Assembly (NCBI GenBank): GCA_051294905.1
Contig: CM119372.1
Coordinates: forward strand, 37,512,001-37,576,000
Origin: Botryllus schlosseri
Lineage: Eukaryota
Direction: 5' to 3'
DNA length: 64,000 bases
Shown: one piece after another, positions 12,670 to 24,000 of the stretch
Layout of the letters: each line of letters begins with the position of its first letter
Numbering within the stretch: the first letter of the stretch is position 1
Notes under the pieces: model-generated
Seen by the model: only the letters and a program-made list of their open reading frames with translations
What the model was told of the DNA's origin: nothing
Database searches by the model: none
Program-made: the position numbers and the translations under genes

Positions 12670-14780
12670 CCTTTGTCCGACTGCATATTTTTACACCGCT
12701 AACAGGCGGCATGGGTACAATTGTACCCACGTACATTTTCCATTGAAATTTCCAAGTTAGTTATATTTTTGTACGGTATGCCGTATTTATTGGTCAGAGC
12801 GTTTAAATACTGTGCTCTGGGGAAGTATAGCACGTGTTGCTGCACCAGTTCTCTCTCCATTCCCCTTTTATTTTTATCATCCTTTCTGCCCCTGCGATCA
12901 GCTATCGTCATGCCAGTCGTCCCACTTCGTTTCCTCTCCCTTCGTCTCTTGCCTTAGCTGTTCAAATCCATCATGAGTCCAGAGATGTGTGGCATCATAC
13001 TTAGAGAAACAAATCGAAGACTAGAAGAGTTTATGAAGCTTTCAACAACAATCTCGCAGAAAGATTTCGTAATGCTTCTGAACGGCCACCACTAAGAACA
13101 TTCGAGCCCTTCACTGAAGTTGAGCTCAGTGCATTTATTGGCATCCTTATTGCTGCTGGTGTACACAGGAATAACAAAGAGAATCTGGACAATATGTGAA
13201 AAGTAGATGCTTTGCCTCTTATACGTGCAGCTATGTCTCGTGACCGCTTCAAGTTGATGCTCAGATTTATCAGATTTGACAACGATAATACACGTGCAGA
13301 GCGTGTGCAAACAGATAAATCTGCACCAATACGAGATCTGTGGCTAATGCTGAATAAAAATTTCGAGAGAGCCTACAAGCCACATGAATGTATCACGATA
13401 GATGAACAATTGTTTCCATTTCGAGGACATACCAAATTCACACAGTATATACCATCTAAACCAGCTAAATATGGTATCAAGGTGTTCTGGGCTTGTGATG
13501 CATCAAACGCCTACCCACTGCATGGTCAGCTTCATACTGGAAAACCAATAGATGGTCCCCGACAAACAAATGTTGGTGAGCGAACAGTTTTGGACCTGGT
13601 CTGTTTGTATAAAGGCTCTGGAAGAAATGTCACCACCGATAATTTCTTCACAGGTATGCAGTTAGCTAAAGTATTGAACACCTGCGACATGACTTTAGTT
13701 GGAACAGTCAGAAAAAACAAGAGGTTTTTGCCAAGCAACATGCAGCCTGGCAAGGAAAGAGCACTTCACTCGACCAATTTCGCCTACCATCGAGATGCAA
13801 CAGTCTGTTCATATGTGCCAAAGAAAAACAGAGCAGTTGTGCTTCTATCATCTATGAACATGACCGGAGAAGTCGAAGCAACACAATCAAGCAAACCAGA
13901 GATCATCAGGTACTATAATAAAACCAAAAGGGGGGGTGGACACAATGGACAAAATGCTGGGTGAATACACAGTAAAACGACGGACAGTGCGTTGGCCTTT
14001 GGCGTTTTTCTATAACATGATCAACGTCACTGGCTTAGCGTCGTTTATCATCTACAGCGAACACAAGCCAGTGTTTAGGAAAAAGGACCAACGGAGAAAG
14101 TTCCTGAAAGATCTTGCGAAACAGCTATGTATGCCTTCAGTGGAAGCTCGTTCTAGCAACCGCATGATGATGAGAAACCGCTTCCTTCGAGCTGCAGTGG
14201 AAATGGTTCTAGTACGGCCCATTGCAACACCACCAGAAGGGGCAGAAGCTAACCCCAAAGAACCCCATGGAAATCGAGGAGCTACACCGATTGTTGGCAG
14301 TTGCTATGTCTGCAGAGATCAGAAACGAAAACGACGTAAAACCAGGAAAGGCTGCGTGGCTTGCGTTCAGCATGTGTGCGACGAACACTCCATAACAAAA
14401 ACAAAGTGTATTACTTGTGACACTGACTAAACCCATCTCGACTAAGTTTTCTCTCATATTTCTGTGTCAAATAAATCATTTCTGTACTCTGTTTCATTCA
14501 ACATTCAAAAATTGTCTTTGTGTTATGTATACTGGCATTATTTAGATACACAATGTGCAAGGGTACATTTGTACCCATACCGCCTGTTAAGGGCGTAAAA
14601 ACAACTCGACCCTGAATCTCGGTAACGTGTAAAGATTTTTTGCCGACATTTAGTCTGCATAATCTAACACAGAAATGTAGAGATGTCAGGAGGTTTCAGG
14701 TCTCTCGGGTTTCTAGAAAAAAGACTGTCGTATTTTAAAATTGGAATGGGTACAATTGTACCCATGCAGTCGGACAAAGG
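12670..14780 (+). mobile_element. piggyBac transposon (defective)
   Basis: Perfect 17-bp TIR CCTTTGTCCGACTGCAT/ATGCAGTCGGACAAAGG flanked by TTAA on both sides (12666-12669 and 14781-14784). GGGTACA.TTGTACCCA subterminal palindromes at about 12713, 14561 and 14748. Confidence 0.95.
12958..14430 (+). pseudogene. piggyBac DDD transposase pseudogene (PGBD4-like)
   Basis: Motifs MSRDRF, IDEQLFPFRG, YIPSKPAKYGIK, TDNFFT, YNKTKxGxDTMD and a C-terminal Cys-rich domain (CYVC...CVAC...VCDEH...CITC). The N-terminus is missing, there is a TGA near 13198, and frameshifts occur near 13020 and in the G-run near 13930. Confidence 0.92.
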
Positions 14781-14784
14781 TTAA

Positions 14785-15030
14785 AATAGTTTCGCTCCGA
14801 GCTATATCGAGAACATTGCAACAAGAAATGCTCAGCCGTCTCTATAACACCACATGTTGCACAGAGGCCATCGTTGCGACAGACAATTCTACGTAAGTGC
14901 CCGTTCAGCTTGCAGTGCCCAGTCTGAAGCCGTAAAATAATACATTTATTACGCAATAACACAGTATTGTTAATGCGATGTCTGCCTTTATGCGTGGCCT
15001 GGCCATGAGTCTGTAGCAAAGTGTCCTAAT
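14785..15030 (-). pseudogene. Non-LTR retrotransposon (LINE) ORF2 C-terminal fragment
   Basis: ILRLQTGHCKLNGHL...CATCGVIETAEHFLLQCSRY matches the RxxTGH...CxxC...ETxxHxxxxC zinc-knuckle tail of LINE ORF2 proteins. It is interrupted by the piggyBac TTAA. Confidence 0.8.
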
Positions 15031-15650
15031 TAAGCGCAGTCGACTTAATGTTGGAAAGTAAATGCAATGCCATTTCTATCTGTCCACGACGACTTCAACG
15101 TTTCACCTGTCATGAGAAACTTGACTTTCTGCTATTCTAGTATTTTTTAAATGCGGGTCATAGGTTTTGCCCATGGATATTGTCGGAGGTGGATTCACCC
15201 AGGTATTTAAAACTGTTTTATCCCTTTCTGCGTCTTTGTGCTGCACCAGAATGAAAAAAATTGATAGTCAGATTTGGTTTGCCATCATGTCCAATACCAA
15301 AGCCAGTTGATGGATATAGATTCCAGTCGGACGGATTCAGTATTAGTGGAAGTAATTGGTATATATTCTGTATCCTACGTCTTAGGTATGCACGGTACAG
15401 TGTACATACTCTGCATTTTTCCACGAAATGATGCCAAATGTTTTGCTATCAAGTAAACCGATACAGTAACCATTCTGCCATGCCCAAAAAGGCATTAGGA
15501 AAATAACCCGAACTCACATCTGAATCCTCCATACTGCGAGTGAAATCCCACATATTTGAAATAGTTGCATGTACCAGTAGAGACTCGAGAAGATTAGTTT
15601 CATCAGTCACGTCTTATAATTAATTTGACAACAAACTTCGAACACCATAC

Positions 15651-15768
15651 CTATCCTGCCTCTTGATTGGCCTGCTTTTTTGTGGATTCCGGTAAGTCTG
15701 CTAGCATAGACGGATTCGGTGAGCACCAAAAAGCACAACGCAAATTTTAATACCGTCAAGGCCAGCAT
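15651..15768 (-). CDS. Candidate first coding exon of a host gene encoding a secreted protein
   Basis: Acceptor TTATTACAG| at 15820, ATG at 15768, a signal-peptide-like MLALTVLKFALCFLVLTESVYA, and donor AG|GTATGG at 15651. Confidence 0.45.
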
Positions 15769-16137
15769 ATATTTCGTCAAAGAATTGCGAAATACAATAC
15801 GATTCTCTACGGACTCGTTACTGTAATAAGGCGTAACTATACACTGCTGCACAGCATACATGTACAATGTACATGTATAACAGTTGCGCCATCTATTTGC
15901 AATCGGAATGTCGCTCTCGACAAACACACGCTTAAAAGCGATTCATCGGAGATAAGCCGTGTTGATTATAAGTCAGTGATAGTCAGTGGTGGCTTTTGGG
16001 GTAGGCGAGGTAGGCGGTCGCCTAGGGCCCCCCTGGTTGATTTACGCGCTTTCGAGGGCCCCCCATCCTCGGTTCACGCGCTTTTTCCAACTATTTCTCG
16101 GGTTTACGCGCTTTTTTTCAAGTATTACCATTTTCTG

Positions 16138-16731
16138 AATAACCGCGGAATCCTTGTATCCCTAAAGAATATGGTATTGTGCCGCAAAGACAGGTCAATC
16201 ATCAATTCTCACTTTTTAGTAATCATTTTATGAATAACCACAAAAATCCATGCACCAATGTAGAATATGGTACCGTGAGCAGTAGTCGATCATTAAATTT
16301 CTGCACTAGTTGCAAGAGCTCACTTTGATTTGATGATCTCCATCCATTTTGCCATTAGCTAAAGGCTTCCCCCTCCTACATTTACGCGAATGTTATCATT
16401 TTGCAAATAACCGTGAAAATACATGCACCCATGTAGAATGTAATACCGCACACAGTAGTCAATCATTAAATTACTGCACCCGCTAAAAGCTTACTTTGAT
16501 TTTATGAGGGGGGCCCCCCCTTCTTCATTTACGTGATTTTTGGTTATCATTTTACGAATAACCGTGAAAATATATGTACCCATGTATAGCATATGGTACC
16601 GTAAACAGTAGTCGATCATTGAATTTCTGCATCCGATAAAAGAGCTTACTTTGATTTTATGAGCCCGCCTCCTACATTTATGGGAATTTTAGTTTATCAT
16701 TTTGGGAATAACCGTGAAAATACATGGTAGG
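16138..16731 (+). repeat. Subterminal tandem repeat (about 150-bp unit) of the CAGTGGTGGC element
   Basis: AATAACC...GTAGTCGATCATT...CTTTGATTT units start near 16138, 16232, 16405, 16556 and 16706. The last unit is split by the hAT and resumes at 21018. Confidence 0.85.
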
Positions 16732-19700
16732 CAATGTTCCCTCTAAGCTGCGCGCGTGCGCAAATGCGCAGTACTGAAACGGTCTCCGCGCACAGAAAAT
16801 CTTGGCCGCGCACAAAAAATCCGAAGTGATGACTTTTTTTTAATCGTTGCGCACTGTTGTCCAAGGCACCGCGCAGGCGCTCAGACTCGAGAAAAATGAG
16901 AGGAAACATTGCCAGGGGTAAATAGTGCTATCGCTGAAGTCTGAAACCGAGGTAAGCCTGCAGCCCGCAAAGGTAAATATTGCGCTCTGCGAAGCAATGA
17001 GAATTTGCAATCGTGTGCGCCTCACGAAACAGATTTTTTTTTAGAATGATATCGTACGCGTGAGCGATACTGATATCATTTCAATAGCGCATTCCTTGTG
17101 GGAATGGCGATATAAAATGGTGTAACGAAGTTGTAAATAACAATGGGCTCTAGCTCGAAGTTAAACTACGAGAAACTAACGAATAGTCTTGTCCGCGTGG
17201 CATGATTGTTATGTAAGATTTACTTTACAATTGCATGTCGCGAATTTTTGAAGTCATCACTTCCATCAGGCAAATCTGATCACGTATGGTGATATAGGGT
17301 AATATGCAGAATATGCAAGTACAAGCACTAATATTGTTGAAAAAATCCATCCCTTTGCAAACGTTGATCAGGAAATGCAGCAACTATGTGCACTTTAGGG
17401 CGTTGCGTTGGATCAGCTTCTCAGCAGCACAAATTTGTGATTTTATTCGATTAGTTTGAACGGGTATCTTCTGTAGATAAGGTCATACGGTGATCTTGTT
17501 CTTGCTTCAATCAGACTTGAATATTCGTATCATTATATCTGACTGTATGTCTTGAAAGTAATGAGTGCGTTGCCGGTATCAAGACGTCACATCAGTGTTT
17601 TAACGCGATAGGCCTACATCGATCGCATGTATTGATTTCGGGTGCGTTCTCGTGCGTGTATGTCTGTCTTCTAGTAATCAACATACGTACATTGATTAAT
17701 TGTGACGTCACACGTAGTCGCACAGCATTACGATTCGCCGTATATAGTAATTGCGGTTACATGCGTCCATTTGTGTCGCTATAAGTGTTTTAGCTAGCTG
17801 CTTGCCGGTGGGCCAACGTTGAGTGAATACTCACAAATTCTGCTTAGCACTGTTTCTACTGACCGCTTTTAATGATGGCAAAACGAATGGGTGGTTTCTC
17901 ATCCCCCCACCAAGCCAAATTGACAAAGAGCTGTGATTCGTTTAAAATAGAATGGTTGTCGGAGCACGTGAAAACGGAAGACAAAACTATAAAATTACGT
18001 GAGATTTTTTCTTTCTCGAGCGAGAAAGGTCTAATGTGCAAAAAATGTCGAGAAGCCAAAATATCAAACGAGTTTTCGGATGGTAAAATGTGGAAAGCAT
18101 GGAGGCTGGATTACCTTAAGCGTCACATTAAGCACAAAACCCACGTGAAAGCGGTCGGAATCGTAAGAAGGTGCAAGATGAGAATTGGAATCGGTACATT
18201 ACTGACTGAGAGCATCAACGATCGAGAGAAGAGGAGCGAGCTGTCACTCGTGAAGAAATCCAACCCCGAGCAAGTTAAGGTTCTCGTCGACAATATTCTC
18301 CTAGCCATAAACATGAATACTTCTATGCTGTCAGTTCAACAAATTCACGATCACATGGCAAAGTACGTGAGTGTTCCAGAGAGCTGGCGAAGCAAAAATT
18401 ATGCCTTTGAGTTTGTGAATTCTATCAATCAAATAGTGCAGAATGAGACAATGTGCAAACTTAGAAATGCACATTGGCACACTCTGATCGTGGATGAGAG
18501 CACAGACATAACAGTGCACAAAATGCTAGTGCTTTACATTAAATATAGAGAGGAAAATGAGGTCGACTACAAAACTGTGTTTGGAGGCATTTCCCAGCTG
18601 ACTGGATGCACCGCTCGGGATATTGTGCAGGCAATAACTCAGTTTTACGCCAAGCATAAATTAGACATGCAGAGAATGGTGATGCTGACCTCCGACGGTG
18701 CCTCAGTGATGTTGGGAAAGCACAACGGAGTTGCAGCGTTATTAAAGCAGCAAATACCACATCTAACAGAACAGCACTGTGTTGCCCATAGAGAAGACTT
18801 GGGCATTGTTGATGCATGGAAAGATGTCCCGGCGATGCGTGACGTGGAAACGTTTCTTACAACGGTGTATTCCACTTTCTCTAGATCCACTGTAAAAAAG
18901 GGGAAATTGGAAGACCTATCGAAGATTCTTGATGAGGATTCGCTGTCATTCAGACCTCTGAACGAAGTACGGTGGCTTTCGCGGCACCAAGCTGTGAAGG
19001 CTGTTCTGAGGAACTACACAGTTCTCGAAGAATACTGCAGGAGAGAATCATCCAGTAATTATAGAGATCCAGTGACAAAATACTGTTACAAAAAGCTGAC
19101 GGATTCAAAATTCAAGTTTATTCTCACCGCTCTGGGAGATGTTTTGTATGACCTGGCACAACTGTGTCTTTCTTTTCAAAAACGCAATCTGACTGTGATG
19201 GAGGGACACTGCCTTGCAAGAGCAAAGATTGAGAAGCTGCGTTCTCAGTATCTGAAAGAAGGAAAGGTTATCAAGTGGAGTGACCGCGTCAAAGAGGTGA
19301 TGAGGGCTGGGTCAGCTGAAGTCATAGATACCGACGCGATTATTTGTTTTATTCGTAATCTTTGCGATCACTTGGATGCTCGATTTCCAGAGAATGAATT
19401 GAAGGAGTGGTCTGCATTGGACTGTGAGGCATTGAGTTCAGATATCAGTTCTGACTTCGAGTACGGAGCAGCAGACATTGCCATATTAACAAAGAAGTAT
19501 GAGGACATTTTCCACCAGCCAAATTCTATGGAGGCCATTCACGATGAATATCCTGATTTCAAATATGTTATGAAGCAAAAATTGAAACAAGGATCAATCG
19601 GAACATTTTCCGATATGGTGGCTGCGACACTAAAATGCGAGGAGCTGAAGCACGTCTCACAGCTTGTGGATATTTGTGCTACATTTCAAGCATCCAGTGC

Positions 19701-21017
19701 GGATTGCGAAAGAGGCTTTAGTTGAATGAATCGGATCAAAACAGCATCGAGAAATCGTCTTCAAGTGGCTCATTTGGACCAGCTGATGCGCATAAAGTCA
19801 AAACTGAATACAGACGATGCCATTGACCTGGACAATGTATACAACCATTGGAGAGCTGAAAAGGACAGACGGGAAAATAAGGATTAAATGTAAAGGGAGA
19901 CTGCGATCTAGATACGACGGGGTCTTAAATTTGAGATAAATTTGTGAACAATTTTGGAAGCACTCATTTTTTTCAGAAAGGCACCGCACTCGAACTGAAG
20001 CCAAAACACCCTCAAAATACGCGACACAGCACACGTGCGATATCCATGATGTCTAGATTTATCGTTATTGCGCATGAATGCGTCTTAGCCCTTTGCGATC
20101 CCACAGATTCGCACGTGTGCTATGGTGCATATCCCGAAAATATTTCAGTTACAGCCGAAATTCGCTGGCTTTCTGAAAAAAAATGCCCTCAATGGCCGGG
20201 CGTCAAGTCAAAACCACATCATGTTCAGAGCGCAGTTCCCCTTCTTCACTCATAATGAGATTATTTGGTGCCATGCAATAGAACTAAATGTAAATGTTGT
20301 ACTGTGATTCTATCAATAAATAATGTGACTTGAATGGATACACGCACGTCTGGTTTTAAGCACAGGACCGTAACTGCCGCACCCAGACCCCCCGAGCTCG
20401 AAGGGGCCGCAAATTATTGAAATCAAATCGTGAATTAACATAAATCATGGAGTATGTTTTTGGAAATTTATGCAACTTTTTCAAAGAAGAAATACCAATT
20501 TGAAAGGTGTACGTCTTTTAGTTTAGTACGTTTGGGCGATTTCAATATCTTTTGACATAGCAGATTGGAGGTCACGAAATAGCATCAAGTAAGTAAGTCA
20601 TTATACCAACGGGTAGGCAGGCCTACGCCCGAAGATATTCAATTATTATTTAGGGGTCCTACCTTTTCCAACACATCTCACTCAATCAGGTTAACCGGTA
20701 AATCTGATTACGTGAGCAGAGACAGGATAAAAATTGATAGCAATATATACGCAAATTCCCGATGATATTGACCGATTTGATCATGAATTATAGATAAAAT
20801 TTCGCGCGTTTAGCCGGAACGCCCACTAAACGAAGACCGAACATAGATGACTAGTAGCAGCGAAAAGCGTGTAGGCCGAGGGGGGTCTGGGGCGCGAAGC
20901 CCCCCAGAAGTTTGATTTATCACCCTATAGGGGGCCTGGTTGCGCACTGCTGTCCAAGGGCCTGCGCAGTGAGTTGGCGTATTTGCGCAGACTCGTGAAA
21001 AATTAGAGGGAGCATTG
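16732..21017 (+). mobile_element. Full-length hAT transposon
   Basis: TIR CAATGTTCCCTCTAA/TTAGAGGGAGCATTG with a perfect 8-bp TSD ATGGTAGG. The empty site is seen in the paralog near 62037. Contains the transposase. Confidence 0.95.
17872..19887 (+). pseudogene. hAT transposase (ZNF862-like) with a single in-frame TGA at 19723-19725
   Basis: N-terminal CxxC...HxxxxxH finger and motifs VDESTD, SDGASVM, HCVAH, VRWLSR and SSADCERGFS. After the TGA the frame continues MNRIKTASRNRL...LMRI to TAA at 19885-19887. Confidence 0.9.
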
Positions 21018-24000
21018 ATGGTAGGCCTACTTATGTAGAATATTGTACTGTAAACGGTGCTCGATAATTGAATTTCTGTGCTTGTTAAAAGGGCCTACTT
21101 CGATTTTATGTTAATGAGGTCATATTGTAACATGGAATGAATTATTATTGAGTATATTATACTTCCTAGTGGCAGCAGTGTATATTTCAGTGCATCAAAA
21201 TTTTCCAGTATAAGTTTGTGAGATTCTACTTGCTGGCTCTTGATGCCAGCTTTCATATGATACCGTATGTTAATTTATAATGAAGCGTGTCCACACTGAG
21301 CCTGAATATCCGAAATATCAAAGGAAATAGTCATTTGAAAGCCAATGAAAGCATGTAGGCTATTATAGCCTATATATTGTTGTTTACTGAACCATTCTCA
21401 TGACTCAACATATTAGTTGTGAATTAGGCCTTTTCTAAATGGAAATCCATTCCTAGGGTTGTCATGATGGAAAATTTGTTCATTTCTTGTCCTCGGATTG
21501 GCAGCGTATTTTCAAAGCTTTACCACGCTATATGTGCACCCGGTGCAGTTAGTCAGAAAGTGTTTATGGTGTTGTCACAAAGCGTTTTTTTTTTATCACA
21601 GGTGGATGTCTTTTAATTGGTGGTGTACTACAGATAGATATGCAATAGATCTTGCATGCAGGAAAGTTTCTAGCGGCCTAATGCCTGATATTTATGCCTC
21701 AAAAATCTATGTCGATATTTGAAAGGTTTGAATGGCTATCATTGAGAAAGGTGTACGGAAGGCTACATATATTCAATTTGTTGTGAGGTTGATAATTTAA
21801 TATGATGTCACAGAAAAAGACCAAAATGTGACCAAACAATTTAGCAATGGAATCAATTTCGGCAGGCAGAGGAAAGAATTAAATGATCACAGGGCAAGTT
21901 TTTGCAACTTTATTTACAGCTTCTGGCAGCTTCCCAAATACTCGGAAGTTATGTAGTATGGTGTTTTAAGGTGTTTGGAGGAATCTTATATTGCAACTTT
22001 GCTTCATTTTTTCAAGCAACTTTTGGCAGCTTTTTGATTTTTCTTGCAACTCACGTTTTACTGGAAATATTTGGTACTTCATGTAAATAGATCGCTTGAT
22101 TATCACTGTCGTTTAAATTTGAGGTCATTTCTCATTTGACATACATTCAGGCTAGACCGCTGTAAATTATATTACTACTGGGTCAATTTTTTCAGGCTAT
22201 TGATTTTGTTGAAGGCGCCAACACTGAGTTTTGCGTCAGTGCCTTGGATATGCATCGATTCAAGTATCTCATACCTTAATAATTTCAAGAAATTTATCCA
22301 TGAATGTACCATTTTAGTGTAACTTTAGTGAAAAATAAATGCGACTTTTTACTTCTAACTTTTATGAAAAATATGTGCAACTTTCCACGGATTTGACTGC
22401 AATCAAAATTTGCCCTAAGATCAAGTGTTGCATAAGACAATTTTGACCATTACATTCTTGAAATGGGCTACCAGTTCAATATAAATATGACTCGGTTTGG
22501 TATTGATCACTCAGTTATATATATGTTATGTTGTAATTGGTAGCATCAGTATCTCCTAATTACTGCAGTCATGTATCTGCTACAATGCCGCGAGTACAGG
22601 CTAAATGTAAGTCAGGATCTCAGAAAAGGAAGTGGTTCAGATTTGGAAAGAAAGCGACAATGCAAATTTTGGACTACTACACAAATATTTAACCATCTAT
22701 GTCAGCTCAGGAATGTTCTGCAAAAATTGAGGATGATGCTGTTTTTCCACCAACTACAATGCCTTATAGACTTGAATGATGTAACAGTGCTTTCAAATAC
22801 GTATATTGTATTTGATTGTAGTGGTCTATTGTCTATGCTATTTGTGGCGTTTTAGGTTTAATCCAACCAGGCAAGTTCTTACAGACAAAAATATTTTTTC
22901 TATAACTTACAATTTTCTCATTAGTGCGTGTTGTTTCGTGTGTGTAACTGTTTATTTACAAATTGCGCTGCTACTATAGTACCGTATCTCCGTATACTTC
23001 AAAGTTTGTTGTTGTTGTTGTCATTGTGACAATGCGAATATCATGGTTTTTGATTTTGATTGTTGCGTCATACTTCGCCTTTTTGGTTTTGCTTTTAAAT
23101 CTATTAAAATCCCTTAGGTTGAAGTTAACTCTTGAAAAGAGGCACCCAAAAATTCTCTGAGTTCAATAAATATTATATTACAATGGATGTTGTTTTGAAA
23201 GCTATATTCTTACAGATCGTGCAACTAGCTCTTCACAGGTGATACCAGTACTGATGTGTTCCTGTGGTATTACTGGTGTTGTATCACATTGTCGCACATT
23301 TTGCTTCTATGCCTTATCATGCAACAAAATCTTCTTTGTAGCAAAAAGATAGGCCCAATCCAGCACCTGGCTGAAACCATGACGTGGTGTGCTGGCTTAT
23401 TACTAATGTCAGCCGACAGCTTTCTGGATTGATGTGGTCTATTTGGCGTGCAGTTGTCTTGTTATACTATTATGTCATGCTACATCCCATAATTTTTCTA
23501 AATAGGTAGGTCTCGAAACCAGGGCATGGTATGGTATGGTATGGAACGAGAAATTTCCATACTCCATACTTGCCTTACTCTCTCCGTACCATACTTGCAA
23601 TTTTCCATGCCATACCAACATTGTTCCATACCATACTTGATACATATTCCATACTTTCAAATACTTCAATATCATAAGTATAGTACCTTTTCTAGCACCT
23701 ATATTATTGATATTTCGGATGTCGTTATTGCTTAAACTAGCCATGATGCGAATCTTACTCCTGGTAATAGTTTTACAGAGTCTGTTTTGGTGAGGTTTAG
23801 TTCACAGTGGTGAGGTGCCGTGTACCTCTACTCGACAGCTTCCGCGAGCAAAATGAGATAGTCAGTAGATTGTTATCTAGGAATGTCCACAAAAGGGACT
23901 GGCAACATATGGCGCGCAACGAGATTTTGTCCGGCCCGCGACCAGTTTCCCGTCTTACATGATCATGTGGCCCGCGGTCCCAATCTGCCGAGATTCCCCA

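Noticed and set aside
19723..19725. Selenocysteine or programmed readthrough at the hAT TGA
   Set aside because: No SECIS was identified, the position is not a known catalytic Cys, and a nonsense mutation is simpler.
23475..23744. VWYG-repeat ORFs (also 42736-43060)
   Set aside because: These are translations of (ATGGT)n subterminal repeats of the 23520-42983 element.
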